The translations under genes were made by a program, and so were the position numbers. Under the pieces are notes generated by a model, which had not been told where the DNA came from, did not search any database, and was given only the letters and a program-made list of their open reading frames with translations. From the NCBI GenBank assembly GCA_038045385.1, contig JBBSYE010000001.1, forward strand, positions 42,165 to 106,164: a stretch of 64,000 bases of DNA, in the 5' to 3' direction. The stretch is from Nanobdellota archaeon. GTDB taxonomy: Archaea; Nanobdellota; Nanobdellia; Pacearchaeales; GW2011-AR1. Positions 9,817 through 20,162 of the stretch are shown one piece after another; position 1 is the stretch's first letter; every line of letters starts with the position of its first letter.

Positions 9817-10205
9817 ATGGTGATAATAACCTTAAAATAAGAAGAACGTTATAGCAGAGAAGTCGGAGATAAAATTAAAGCCCTTATCCATAAGGAAAGA
9901 TTTCCAAGGGCAAGAACATCAAAAAACTATCAGAGAAAACAGGCCTAACCCAGAGTCATTCAGACAAAATTCTTACTTTGCTTGAAAATGGATTGATATG
10001 GGGCACAACAAGCGTTCATCCTGCACCAGAAAGTCTTGATAGAGTCATTACTGCTTTAGCCATATTAGGATTATCTTCAGAAGATGAAATTATTAACGAT
10101 TATAAAGAAAGAATCGGGCATTATGGTTTTACAATTCATAGATCCCAATCGGAGTTCGAACGTTATCAATCTATTTCTTTAGAGGCTCAAACAATCCAGT
10201 TTTAA
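9817..10205 (+). pseudogene. disrupted HTH-like protein
   Basis: ATG 9817, in-frame TAA 9838, frameshift near GGG 9908-9910, then IKKLSEKTGLTQSHSDKILTLLENG (HTH-like). Confidence 0.45.
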
Positions 10206-10635
10206 GACCATAAAAAGTATGTATTCCTCTAGTTAGTAAAAGAGCAAAAATATAGGATAAAGCGAAAGCACTAGTCCTATCAAACCCTTTGGTGATTAGA
10301 AAATAATGTCCTCCTGTCGCAAAAACAAAATAAAATACAGATAAGACGATCCTTTCAGCTTGAATTCTAAAGATATCTTTTTTCAATGAGCTTGAAATCT
10401 TTCCTTGACTGATTTGTTTTTTATTCAAAAATCCATGAAGTATAATAAAAATTCCAAAATCAATCAAAGCATCAATCCCAAATGAAATTAATGCAATCGC
10501 TCTAGGAGAATCAGCAATCATCTTTGTCAAATAAACAGGGTATAAAGCAAGAAAAATAGAAGCCAAACTTGCAATTATTATATTTACATTTATATTGACA
10601 ATTCTTTTTTTCTTATAAATTTCAAACAAGTTCAT
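10171..10635 (-). CDS. 4-TM membrane protein (GtrA-like topology)
   Basis: four hydrophobic segments; probable start MNLFEI. Confidence 0.55.
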   Translation of the reverse strand: MNLFEIYKKKRIVNINVNIIIASLASIFLALYPVYLTKMIADSPRAIALISFGIDALIDFGIFIILHGFLNKKQISQGKISSSLKKDIFRIQAERIVLSVFYFVFATGGHYFLITKGFDRTSAFALSYIFALLLTRGIHTFYGLKTGLFEPLKK

Positions 10636-10685
10636 ATGACGATTAGAACAACAATTTTTAAATAGCCTACTATTCAAAATGTTAT

Positions 10686-10844
10686 ATGGTAAAAGGAGAC
10701 GAGATGTTGAAGATAGCAGTAATGGCTGGAGCTTCAAGAGCGCTCAAATTTAAAGAAGAAAATTGGAAAGCTACTTCTGAAGAAGTCCTTCGTCACGTTA
10801 GTTCAAGCATGCCTGAAATTATTAATAATATTGATTCTGACTAA
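10686..10844 (+). CDS. small hypothetical protein (52 aa)
   Basis: hand-translated MVKGDEMLKIAVMAGASRALKFKEENWK...; TATA upstream. Confidence 0.6.
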   Translation: MVKGDEMLKIAVMAGASRALKFKEENWKATSEEVLRHVSSSMPEIINNIDSD

Positions 10845-10845
10845 T

Positions 10846-11106
10846 ATGGGAGAATATGCCTTCAAAGAACTAAGGGAGAAGGTGAGCCAAAGATTAGGCC
10901 AAGAAGAAGCTAGAAATTTATTAAGAAAATGGACGACAAGAGCAAATACAAACTATAGGTTAAAATCCAAATTAGAAAAACCTAAAGAAGCCCCACTTAG
11001 ACTAATCGCCAGAACTGATTATGTAAAAAGAGATGTATTAGTATCATATAGCCTCTGGCTTGCAGATACACGAGTTCATGCTTTAGATTCTTTAGTTTCT
11101 GAATAA
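10846..11106 (+). CDS. hypothetical protein
   Basis: ATG immediately follows the previous stop. Confidence 0.5.
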   Translation: MGEYAFKELREKVSQRLGQEEARNLLRKWTTRANTNYRLKSKLEKPKEAPLRLIARTDYVKRDVLVSYSLWLADTRVHALDSLVSE

Positions 11107-11144
11107 GCATAATCTTTTATACCTTTATTTCGCTAATTTAATGT

Positions 11145-11275
11145 GCGGGGGTAGCAAAGCGGTTAAATGCGCAAGACTTAAGACGTCCCGCGCTCGTTAG
11201 AGCGCGTGAAGCATTAGATTTCGGAAGAAATCTTGTGGCTTAGTGCCTTCGGAGGTTCGAATCCTCCCTCCCGCA
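11145..11275 (+). tRNA. tRNA-Leu(TAA) with ~47-nt intron at 37/38 (11183-11229)
   Basis: acceptor GCGGGGG/CTCCCGC; CAAGA-CT-TAA-G[intron]A-TCTTG; long variable arm; GGTTCGAATCC. Confidence 0.92.
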
Positions 11276-11395
11276 TTTTTGTTTATCGATGCGAGTCTTC
11301 GAGCCTGTGAGAAGGGTCGAGCGAGAATAAACAAAAAATCTTACTCCGCAGCGAATCTCCGAGCATGTGAGGAGGGTTGAGCAAGAGAGTAAAGA
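11276..11395. repeat. two tandem 60-nt structured units
   Basis: cores 11291-11326 and 11351-11386 are 30/36 identical; each is closed by its own inverted repeat. Confidence 0.75.
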
Positions 11396-11473
11396 GAATG
11401 GTCAAACAAGAATGAAACGAGAAGTAAGTCAAGCAAGACAATAATTTTTAAATATTATAATCTATAAATTTTA

Positions 11474-12115
11474 ATGTCAAAAATATCAGAATTAAAAGCA
11501 AAAATAAACTCTATTCCAGAAGAATATAAGCAAATAATAGACTTGCGAATATCAGAATTCAGCTCTTTCAATCAAAAAACGAACGAAGACTGGTTTTCAG
11601 AACTCTGCTTTTGTCTGTTAACGGCAAACTCAAAAGCACAAACTGCAATCAACATTCAAAAAACTCTAGGATACGATGGCTTCACCAAACTCTCTCAAGA
11701 AAATTTAGCGAGAACAATAAGAGAACATAAACACAGATTTCATAATAACAAAGCCAAATACATAATCCAAGCAAGACAAAATAAAAATATCAAAGAAATA
11801 ATACAATCTATAGTAAAAAAAGAAAACGAATTTAAAGCAAGAGAATGGCTTGTTCAAAATATAAATGGCCTTGGCTATAAGGAAGCCTCTCATTTTCTAA
11901 GAAACACGGGCCATAAAAGTTTAGCAATTTTAGACAGGCACATTTTGAATATTTTAGCAGATAACAACATTATAGAAAAGCCAAAATCTCTAAACAAAAA
12001 GATTTATCTTGATAATGAAAAAATATTTCAGAATTTAGCTTCAAGTCTTGAGACAACGCCAGCGAAGCTAGACTTGCAATTATGGTATCTTCAGACAGGC
12101 AGAGTGCTTAAATAG
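11474..12115 (+). CDS. ogg: 8-oxoguanine DNA glycosylase/AP lyase
   Basis: ELCFCLLTAN, HhH GLGYKEASHFLRN, AILDRHI, C-terminal TGRVLK. Confidence 0.92.
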   Translation: MSKISELKAKINSIPEEYKQIIDLRISEFSSFNQKTNEDWFSELCFCLLTANSKAQTAINIQKTLGYDGFTKLSQENLARTIREHKHRFHNNKAKYIIQARQNKNIKEIIQSIVKKENEFKAREWLVQNINGLGYKEASHFLRNTGHKSLAILDRHILNILADNNIIEKPKSLNKKIYLDNEKIFQNLASSLETTPAKLDLQLWYLQTGRVLK

Positions 12116-12123
12116 TTATCAAA

Positions 12124-12432
12124 TTGCTATTCGGCGTGGTGATACATATAAGTTCTGGAAGAGGAGATTATAGGAGTCATACAGGTAGCGAGCCAGTGTA
12201 CAGAATAGTTCTTTCAAATGGAGATTCAATTCCAAAAAATTCTCTTGGTCTTGTTAACGCAAGAGATTTATCCCGGGCTAGAGAATTGTATCTCGGAGCA
12301 GTCGGCGAGATTCATTTAAGCATGGAATCCAACGGAGGAAATAGCACAATAACTTTTAATTATGATCCAATTAGTGAGCCCCATATAAGAGAAAAAATAT
12401 CTGGCTTATTAAAAAAGGCAAATGAAGAATAG
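12124..12432 (+). CDS. hypothetical protein
   Basis: fills the gap between ogg and ogt; start uncertain. Confidence 0.4.
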   Translation: MLFGVVIHISSGRGDYRSHTGSEPVYRIVLSNGDSIPKNSLGLVNARDLSRARELYLGAVGEIHLSMESNGGNSTITFNYDPISEPHIREKISGLLKKANEE

Positions 12433-12721
12433 TTTCAATGAACGTTGCTACGAAATATTAAGAAAAGTTCCAAAAGGAAAAGTCACAACTTACAAGTCTT
12501 TAGCGCAAGTTTTAAAAACAAAAGCATATCGCGCAGTCGGAAATGCAATGAACAAGAATCCTTATGCTCCCCAAGTTCCCTGTCATCGAGTAATAAACAC
12601 GAGCGGAAAGCTAGGTGGCTTTGCCCTAGGTTTAAGCGCAAAGATAAAATTGTTAAAATCCGAAGGTATCGAAATAGAAAATAATAAAATCAACTTTGAT
12701 AAATACGAATATAAATTTTAA
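12422..12721 (+). CDS. ogt: methylated-DNA--protein-cysteine methyltransferase (C-terminal domain only)
   Basis: GKVTTY, RAVGNA, active-site PCHRV. Confidence 0.9.
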   Translation: MKNSFNERCYEILRKVPKGKVTTYKSLAQVLKTKAYRAVGNAMNKNPYAPQVPCHRVINTSGKLGGFALGLSAKIKLLKSEGIEIENNKINFDKYEYKF

Positions 12722-12732
12722 AAATAAAAATC

Positions 12733-13551
12733 TTAAATCTTAACTTTACTCAAAGGCGTGAAAGAATCCCAAGTCATGCCAAACATCTGTGCTACAGATT
12801 GAGCAAAATAATCGCTCGCAAGCCATACAGCAACGTCATAACTTGGATGAACGGTCTTATCATCAAGTAACATAAACATCATCTGCTTTTCATCAACAAT
12901 GGTAAATCTTCCCTGTGGTTTAGAAAGTCCACGAACTTCCGCAACCTTTGATAATTCCTTAGCGACTTTATAATTTCCAGAAGTTATAGGCGCAGCAATT
13001 TTAACAGAAACTCCCCTCTTCTTTGCTTTCTCAAGAGCAGGCATCAAGGCTTCCATCTTTCTGCTAAGTCCTTCAGCAGTTGTCACAATAGAAACACTTT
13101 TCTCTGCACCCTTAATCATCATATCAAGATGATTATGAATATTCTGTCTACCTTTCAAACTTCCAGAAAGATCAGCAGGTTCAATATATTTTACTCCATT
13201 AGTATAAAGTGAACTAAGCTCATTAAGAACATCATCTCCTTTTAGCTGCTCAAGTCTCTTCGACTTTTCTTGAGCATTAACAACTAAATTTCTTTTAACT
13301 CTTTCAACAACATCCTCAGGCTTTAGTGCGATAAACTTTATTGGCTTCCCAAGCTTCATAACAATAAATCCTCTCTTTTCTAAGGATTCTAAAACATCAT
13401 AAGTCCTACTTCGCGGAACATCAGAAATATTACTTAACTCCCCAGCAGTAGAAACTCCTCTGGAAAGCAGAGAAGCCCAAACCTTAACTTCATACAAATT
13501 CAAGTCGAATATTTTCCTCAAACGACCTAGAAATTCTTCTTTGACTATCAT
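12733..13551 (-). CDS. TrmB family transcriptional regulator/chromatin protein
   Basis: LNLYEVKVW..L...STAGELS..SDVPRSRTYDVLESLEKRG wHTH plus effector domain. Confidence 0.9.
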   Translation of the reverse strand: MIVKEEFLGRLRKIFDLNLYEVKVWASLLSRGVSTAGELSNISDVPRSRTYDVLESLEKRGFIVMKLGKPIKFIALKPEDVVERVKRNLVVNAQEKSKRLEQLKGDDVLNELSSLYTNGVKYIEPADLSGSLKGRQNIHNHLDMMIKGAEKSVSIVTTAEGLSRKMEALMPALEKAKKRGVSVKIAAPITSGNYKVAKELSKVAEVRGLSKPQGRFTIVDEKQMMFMLLDDKTVHPSYDVAVWLASDYFAQSVAQMFGMTWDSFTPLSKVKI

Positions 13552-13596
13552 TTTACTATCATTCTAGAGAGACAGACTATTTAAATGTTTTTTCAA

Positions 13597-16371
13597 TCAA
13601 ATCTTAGTAAACGAGAATCCAATTTTCTCATTTTTTATTTCAAAATTAAACTCACAATTCTCCTCGGTAAAATTAATTTTTTTAGCATTTACTCTATTAG
13701 CAATATAATCTTTATTTTTCATAACTCTTTTATAAAGCTCTTTATCTAATCTAAGAGTTAAAAATATCTCATCGCTCTTTATAAGCCCAAGATTCTTCCT
13801 TTCTGCCTGTATTTTTCTAGCTATTTCTCTAGCAAAACCTTCAGCTTCAAGTTCGTCAGTCATATTCAAGTCTAGTTCCGTTCTTAACTCGACACCTTTA
13901 GAAAATTCTATCTTTTTGACATTTAATTGCCTCGCAACAATTTCCCCAAGTTCCGCACCAACCTTCTCCCCAGTCAGCAAAGCTTTTTGTAAAGGCCATT
14001 TCAAACCAACTCCCGCCTTATCTCTTTCCCTCAGTCCAAGTTCAATATATTTAACGACAAGTTCAAATTCTTTCTCAAGTTCATTATCAACTTTCTTTGC
14101 ATCAAACGAAGGCATTTCAGAGAGATGAACAGATTTTTCCTTAACTAAACCCCTAGTCTTAAGTTCTTGCCATAATATCTCTGTAGAAAAAGGAATAATT
14201 GGCGCAAGTATTTTCAGAAGCCCGAGCCTTATTTCATTAACAATATCAAAAGTTTCATCCGCTCTTTCTCTTATCATCTGAATATATGTCTTACTCAAAT
14301 CAAAAACTAGGAATCTCTCAATCTTCTGTACAACCTCATAAAACCTATAATTATTATATCCAGTCATAATCTCTTTAATCAAATTATTAAATTTTGATAA
14401 AATCCATCTGTCCTCGATATTTCTTCTTGCTTTCTTCGCTTGAAGTTGATTAGCAAAGGCGTTAACATTTGTCAGAACTCTAAAGAATCCCTGTATCTCC
14501 TTAAAATCTTTTTCATCAAAAGTAATATCCTCTCCTCGAGACATTTTTGCAAGGTAGTATCTCAAGTAATCCCGACTATATTTTTTTATAATATCTTCAG
14601 GAGAGACAATATTGCCAAGAGATTTAGACATCTTTCTCTTACTTATATCTAAAATCATCCCATGAACTGAAACATTCAAAAATGGCTTTTTATCAAAAGC
14701 AATAGTGCTAAGTATCAACTGTGAGTTCCACCATCCTCTAAATTGATCTTTTCCTTCTACATTAAAATCAGCAGGCCAGTATTTCTTAAACTTCTTCTTA
14801 TCTGCAGGGAATCCTAATGCTGCCCAGCTTGAAACTCCAGAGTCAAACCACACGTCCAAAACTTCAGGAATTCTTTTGAATATCTTTCCGCCTTTTTTTA
14901 TTGTAATCTTATCAATTCCAGGCTTATGCAATTCAATATCTTTCACACCAGAAAGCTTTTTTAGCTCTTCTAAACTACCAACAACTATCACCTCTCCATC
15001 TTCGCCGGACCAGATAGGCAAAGGAGTGCCCCAATATCTTTGTCTTGAAATTGGCCAATCACTTATTCCCTCAAGCCAAGCCTTCATTCTAAGTTTCATA
15101 TAGTCTGGAACCCAATTGGTTTTTTCATTTTCTTCCAATAGTTTTTTATGAATTGCAGATATTTTCAAAAACCATTGCGGTTGCGTTATCATTAACAAAG
15201 GGGACTTGTCCCTCCAACATAATGGATAATCATGCTCATGCTTCTCAGCTAGAACTAGAAACCCATCTTTCTTCAAATCTTCAATTATCTCTCCATCGAC
15301 AATTCTCGCTTTTTTTCCCGCATATTTTCCAGCACTAGAGTCTAGTATTCCATCGGAGCCAACAGGACAAAGCATATCAAGATTATTCTCCCTACCAACT
15401 TCATAGTCCTCTTTTCCATGTCCTGGAGCGCAATGCACAAGTCCAGTACCTTCGTTGGTTGTAACGTATCTATCAGATAAAACTACTCTATACCCATTAT
15501 TAACTTTAACATTAATATGTCCTTTTAGCGGGTTAGAATATTTCAAACCCTCAAGTTCATTACCCTTAATTTCCTTAAATTTTTTACACTCAACGCCAAA
15601 TTTCTGAGCCAACTTATCCGCAAGTTCAGAAGCTACAATCCATTTTTCCTCATTTTTAAGCTCCATTTCTCTATAGCTTATTTTAGGCCCAACCATAACT
15701 CCAGTATTTGCAGGTAATGTCCAAGGAGTAGTTGTCCAGATAATCAAATAACTATTTTTCTTATCTACAATTGGAAATTTAACGTACACAGAATTATCTT
15801 TTTGCTTAGCATATTCTATTTCATTATAGGCTACCGCAGTCTCACATCTAGGACAAACATGAATTGGATATTTTCCAAGATAAAGCAGACCTTTTTTATG
15901 TGCTTCTTTGAAAGCATGCCATATCGCTTCAATGTAGTCATCAGATAAAGTAAGATAAGGATTTTCCCAATCCATCCACACGCCCAAATTCAAAAACTCC
16001 CGGTTCATAATATCAATATGTTGCGTAGCAAACTTCTTGCACCTTTCAATAAAATTTTCAACACCAAATTTCTCAATATCTCGCTTTGATTTCGAGTCAA
16101 TCTCCTTCTCAACTTGTAGTTCAATAGGGACTCCATGTGTATCATATCCTGGTCTATCAAAAACATCGTATCCTTGCATTCTTTTCATCCTCATAGCAAT
16201 ATCTTTAGAAGTCTTGTTCAAAGCAGTTCCGAGGTGTATATGTCCAGTCGCATAAGGCGGACCATCCATCATATAGAACTTTTTTCCATTGGAATTTTTC
16301 TTTTTTGAAGCCCCATAGATTCCTTCTTTAGCCCAAAATTCCAGCACATGTTCTTCGTTTTTTATTTCCAT
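13597..16371 (-). CDS. ileS: isoleucine--tRNA ligase
   Basis: DGPPYATGHIHLG, WTTTPWTLP, GTGLVHCAPGHG, ISRQRYWG, KMSKS. Confidence 0.97.
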   Translation of the reverse strand: MEIKNEEHVLEFWAKEGIYGASKKKNSNGKKFYMMDGPPYATGHIHLGTALNKTSKDIAMRMKRMQGYDVFDRPGYDTHGVPIELQVEKEIDSKSKRDIEKFGVENFIERCKKFATQHIDIMNREFLNLGVWMDWENPYLTLSDDYIEAIWHAFKEAHKKGLLYLGKYPIHVCPRCETAVAYNEIEYAKQKDNSVYVKFPIVDKKNSYLIIWTTTPWTLPANTGVMVGPKISYREMELKNEEKWIVASELADKLAQKFGVECKKFKEIKGNELEGLKYSNPLKGHINVKVNNGYRVVLSDRYVTTNEGTGLVHCAPGHGKEDYEVGRENNLDMLCPVGSDGILDSSAGKYAGKKARIVDGEIIEDLKKDGFLVLAEKHEHDYPLCWRDKSPLLMITQPQWFLKISAIHKKLLEENEKTNWVPDYMKLRMKAWLEGISDWPISRQRYWGTPLPIWSGEDGEVIVVGSLEELKKLSGVKDIELHKPGIDKITIKKGGKIFKRIPEVLDVWFDSGVSSWAALGFPADKKKFKKYWPADFNVEGKDQFRGWWNSQLILSTIAFDKKPFLNVSVHGMILDISKRKMSKSLGNIVSPEDIIKKYSRDYLRYYLAKMSRGEDITFDEKDFKEIQGFFRVLTNVNAFANQLQAKKARRNIEDRWILSKFNNLIKEIMTGYNNYRFYEVVQKIERFLVFDLSKTYIQMIRERADETFDIVNEIRLGLLKILAPIIPFSTEILWQELKTRGLVKEKSVHLSEMPSFDAKKVDNELEKEFELVVKYIELGLRERDKAGVGLKWPLQKALLTGEKVGAELGEIVARQLNVKKIEFSKGVELRTELDLNMTDELEAEGFAREIARKIQAERKNLGLIKSDEIFLTLRLDKELYKRVMKNKDYIANRVNAKKINFTEENCEFNFEIKNEKIGFSFTKI

Positions 16372-16395
16372 AATCTTAAGTTAAATAATACACTT

Positions 16396-16767
16396 TTATA
16401 CCTTGCTCTTTATATATAAAAGACTAATTCCGGTCATAATTACCCCAGAAGCAAAAAAGATAACTTCCCATCTCTTTAGGAAAAAGAAAATAATTGAAAT
16501 CACAACGAGCAAAGAGAAAACTAAAATAATTTTATTTTTTATTACTCCAATCTCTTTTTCAGACATTTTAGCAATTAAGAATCCATAAGCAACAACGGCC
16601 ACAGAGAAAAAATAGAGTTTACTAGAAGATAGCGTAAACCCTAAAGCAAATATTCCTCCAGTTAACAAACTCACAGGCAATAACTCATCTCTCTTATAAA
16701 ATGCAACTATAAGTCCAAAAAGAATTATCAAAAAGAAAATCCATCTAGCATCTAAAAACTGAATCAT
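16396..16767 (-). CDS. membrane protein
   Basis: multiple TM segments. Confidence 0.55.
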   Translation of the reverse strand: MIQFLDARWIFFLIILFGLIVAFYKRDELLPVSLLTGGIFALGFTLSSSKLYFFSVAVVAYGFLIAKMSEKEIGVIKNKIILVFSLLVVISIIFFFLKRWEVIFFASGVIMTGISLLYIKSKV

Positions 16768-16848
16768 ATCTCCTCATGGACAAACAGAAGAAAACATATA
16801 TAAATGCTCCTTAACTATGTAAAATATTCTAGATAAAAGGAGGTAAAG

Positions 16849-17181
16849 ATGAAAAACAGTTCAAATCATTTTGGAAGTTGGGCCTTTCTTATTGGCGTAA
16901 TCCTTGCACTTGCACTTGCTGTCTTCAATGTTTCTGGAGGTAGCTGGCCATTAGTGATGGTAATAATTGGTTTGATAGTTGGTCTGCTTAACATAAACGA
17001 ACATGAAACACATCATTTCCTTATGTCTGGAGCAATCTTAATTATCGTATCATATCTTGGAATGGGCGCAATGGAAACCGTTCCAGTGTTCGCAAGAACT
17101 CTTGGCGGATTGCTAATGATATTCGTTCCTGCAACAATCATAGTTGCAATAAAGAACGTATTCTCGCTAGCAAGACATTAA
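16849..17181 (+). CDS. 4-TM membrane protein
   Basis: strong SD AGGAGGT; four TM segments; U-tract terminator. Confidence 0.75.
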   Translation: MKNSSNHFGSWAFLIGVILALALAVFNVSGGSWPLVMVIIGLIVGLLNINEHETHHFLMSGAILIIVSYLGMGAMETVPVFARTLGGLLMIFVPATIIVAIKNVFSLARH

Positions 17182-17238
17182 CACCAAGTAGAATTTTCTT
17201 TTTTTATTTAATTTTTATTTTTTTATACTAAACTCGGC

Positions 17239-17796
17239 TTACCATTTACTCTTTCTTTCTAAGGCCCTAGCAACAACCGCAAGAATTCTCTTCTTTTTTG
17301 TTTCAATCCCCTTAGCTCTAACAATCCATCTATAATACATCTTTTTGTAAGATTTTCCGAATTTCTCAAAATTTTCCCTAGCCATTTTATTTTTTTTCAA
17401 AGCAAGCTCTAGCTCCTTAGGCATTTCCAAGTTTTCAAGCCCGTGATCAATAGTCTCTTTTCCTAAACCCTCTAAATATCTCTTCTTCCCATTCTCAACC
17501 ATTCTATCCTCATCAAGTAGCTTCTTCCCATATTTCATAGTATTATTACTCCATCTACTCTTATCTGTTCTTTTTGCGAACCTTATAACATATTTTTCAT
17601 CATCAATTCTCTTAACCGTAGTATCTATCCATCCAAAACAAATTGCCTCATGCATAAATTCCAAGTGTGTAGGAGAATTTTTACCAGTATGCTTCTTATA
17701 TCTAATAACCGCAATCTTACTTTCCTTCAGATGATTCTTTTCAAGCCATAACCTCCAAGACTTAATATCTTTGAAATAAATCTCCTCCGCGGTCAT
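17239..17796 (-). CDS. YdeI/OmdA-associated family protein
   Basis: WRLWLEKNH, EAICFGWID, SRWS..N, C-terminal OmdA-like domain. Confidence 0.85.
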   Translation of the reverse strand: MTAEEIYFKDIKSWRLWLEKNHLKESKIAVIRYKKHTGKNSPTHLEFMHEAICFGWIDTTVKRIDDEKYVIRFAKRTDKSRWSNNTMKYGKKLLDEDRMVENGKKRYLEGLGKETIDHGLENLEMPKELELALKKNKMARENFEKFGKSYKKMYYRWIVRAKGIETKKKRILAVVARALERKSKW

Positions 17797-18494
17797 CTTA
17801 TTTTTTTGATTTCCTTCTTAATCCTCATGGCTTCTTTTTTTTCTTTTTCAGCTTTCTTCAGCTCAACTTTTTTCAACTCAGTCCTTAACTCTTTAAGTTT
17901 CTTTTCCATCTCTTTTATCTCAAATTCTTCCTCTTTAATATAACCTATCCGCTCCTTCTCCTTAATTTTTTCGGCATAAGCAAAAAACATCTTTAGTGGT
18001 ATCTTAATGATATTCAATACTATTGAAATAACTACAATTATGAATAACAATGCAACTACAACACCCAAGCCGACTCCAAGATTAGAATGTACAAATAGAA
18101 TAATTGCATAGGCAAAAAGATGTAAAGTCAATACGGAGCTCAAATGTTTTGCGAATTTTTCAGGCAGTATATGATTAAAATTAAACTTTAGTATTGCCCA
18201 TCCAATAAACAGCACAAAAATAGCCGCAATGCTCTTACCAGAATAAGTTATAAAATTATCAAAACCTCCAATTCCAATTCCATAAATATATCTAAATAAT
18301 CCAAGAGATACAAAAAACAGAACTAAAGAGTTAGATAAATAAGCCCCCCAATTTTCTCTTTCGTGCTTATATTTCTCGAAATAGCTTAATATAATAATGG
18401 TAGCAAAAAACAAAGGAACTATTTCCCATAATACCTCTGGAGTAAAGCTTAGTTTAATAAAATAAATAATCAAGGAAGTTATTTCGTTCACCAT
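17793..18494 (-). CDS. multi-pass membrane protein with C-terminal coiled coil
   Basis: TM segments followed by a K/E-rich tail. Confidence 0.65.
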   Translation of the reverse strand: MVNEITSLIIYFIKLSFTPEVLWEIVPLFFATIIILSYFEKYKHERENWGAYLSNSLVLFFVSLGLFRYIYGIGIGGFDNFITYSGKSIAAIFVLFIGWAILKFNFNHILPEKFAKHLSSVLTLHLFAYAIILFVHSNLGVGLGVVVALLFIIVVISIVLNIIKIPLKMFFAYAEKIKEKERIGYIKEEEFEIKEMEKKLKELRTELKKVELKKAEKEKKEAMRIKKEIKKIR

Positions 18495-18592
18495 CTTTCT
18501 TCAAAAAAGCTAGTAAGTTTATAAAACTTCTATTTCTCAATCTTCGCACAAAAATAAGTTAGCAAAATAAATAAAAGACACTTTCTTTAAAG

Positions 18593-20032
18593 CTAATCAT
18601 CAAAACTTTGGAATGAAGAGTTATAATTTATAACATCTTCCAATATAGAACCAGAATAGGATTTTTGTTTTTTCTTGAGGATATTGTTACTTCCAAATAA
18701 ATCATAGTACTCTCTATCATCATTCCGTAAAATATAGCTATTTCTATCATCATTCCGATTAGATAACTTTGAAAAAATACTATCATCTCCAGCTCTTGCT
18801 CTACCGACATCAAAAGTAAATGGCACTCCACTTTCTCTTAACAAAGTAAAAACTGCATCAAGTTTGCCTATGTCAATCTCGTTATTATATTTATCACCAG
18901 TAAAAGCATACCCTTCAATAATCCCTCTGATAAATTCTTCTCGTGCGCCCATAATACCAACTACCCTTGGCCCATCTTCGGTATTAATCAATCCTCTACT
19001 TATTTTGCCTCCGACAATAGCGCGAGAGCTTATAGGATTAAGATGTTTAATATTAGTAAGAAAATCATATTCTCGCCTTTGTTGTCTTCGTATTTCTCGT
19101 TTGCCAAGCTCAAAAGAATCGCATGAAGCATCAAAATCAACAATTCCAACTTTAAGTTTATTCGTTCCATTTGAGAGAACTATATTTCCCCAGTGAGCAT
19201 TACTCCCCGAAGAATCAGGACAGCTCCATGTTTGCCCACTTTTATCCATAAGTTTTTTAAGTCTTCCAGTAGTGTATCCAATATCATACATAAGTTCTTT
19301 TGTAGCTTGAATTAATTTTCTCCCAGTAGAAGTTTCTCCACCATAACAAAAGATAGGTTTTCCTGTTGTAATATCTTTTCTCATATCTCCTCGAAGTCCT
19401 CTAGTATAAAGGTGGTCTAAAAGAACAAGGACTTCATCTACTCTAGTATCTCCAACAACTTCCGAAAGCGTTGCAGTAGGTCTTACTTTGCGAGCCAAAA
19501 CAGGATATTCCCAGAGACCCTTAACTTTCATAGCAGGCTCAATACCATGCCATTCAAGAGTCTTAGCCCATTTATCTGACTGTTCTTTTTCATATTTCGC
19601 ATTATGCGCTTTCTGCCCGCCCGCAATAATCCACCCATCATCAGTGTTTACAATTTTTGGATTTTCAGGATTGAGAGCAACCCCCTTTAATCTAAATAGT
19701 CTATCTGTTTTAGAACAATATACTAAAGTTGAACGATACCCGCTCCATAAACCCGGGATTATTTGAGGCTCTATACCAAGCAATCCCCTAGTTATTCGAC
19801 TAATTGGACTTCCATCAAGTTCATCTGAAGTCAAATGTTTTTCAATTTCATCATAATCCCCCCGTTGCGCTATCATTAAGTCATCATTTTCAGACCTATC
19901 CTTAAAGTGTTCAACAAGTTCAGGACTTACAACTCTAGGAACTCTAAGACTTTTGGGCACATCACTATCAATTTGTGCGGTGCCTTCAGTTTTTACCAGA
20001 AGGTTAGTATCCCGTTTTACAAGCAATTTCAT
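18593..20032 (-). CDS. hypothetical protein with kinase-like fold motifs
   Basis: RLKG, NAHWGNIV, IVDFD. Confidence 0.55.
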   Translation of the reverse strand: MKLLVKRDTNLLVKTEGTAQIDSDVPKSLRVPRVVSPELVEHFKDRSENDDLMIAQRGDYDEIEKHLTSDELDGSPISRITRGLLGIEPQIIPGLWSGYRSTLVYCSKTDRLFRLKGVALNPENPKIVNTDDGWIIAGGQKAHNAKYEKEQSDKWAKTLEWHGIEPAMKVKGLWEYPVLARKVRPTATLSEVVGDTRVDEVLVLLDHLYTRGLRGDMRKDITTGKPIFCYGGETSTGRKLIQATKELMYDIGYTTGRLKKLMDKSGQTWSCPDSSGSNAHWGNIVLSNGTNKLKVGIVDFDASCDSFELGKREIRRQQRREYDFLTNIKHLNPISSRAIVGGKISRGLINTEDGPRVVGIMGAREEFIRGIIEGYAFTGDKYNNEIDIGKLDAVFTLLRESGVPFTFDVGRARAGDDSIFSKLSNRNDDRNSYILRNDDREYYDLFGSNNILKKKQKSYSGSILEDVINYNSSFQSFDD

Positions 20033-20162
20033 AAAATATCCCCTAGTTTGTAGTTTTTAAATCTTTTGTCATTTTTAAGTTATAACTATTTGTTATTAAT
20101 TCATAATCTACTTCTCAAAATCTCTAAATAAAAGTTTATAATCTCACTTTTTAGTAAATTTC

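Noticed and set aside
11276-11395. CRISPR array
   Set aside because: Only two imperfect units; the intervening parts form stems rather than unique spacers; no cas genes in the window.
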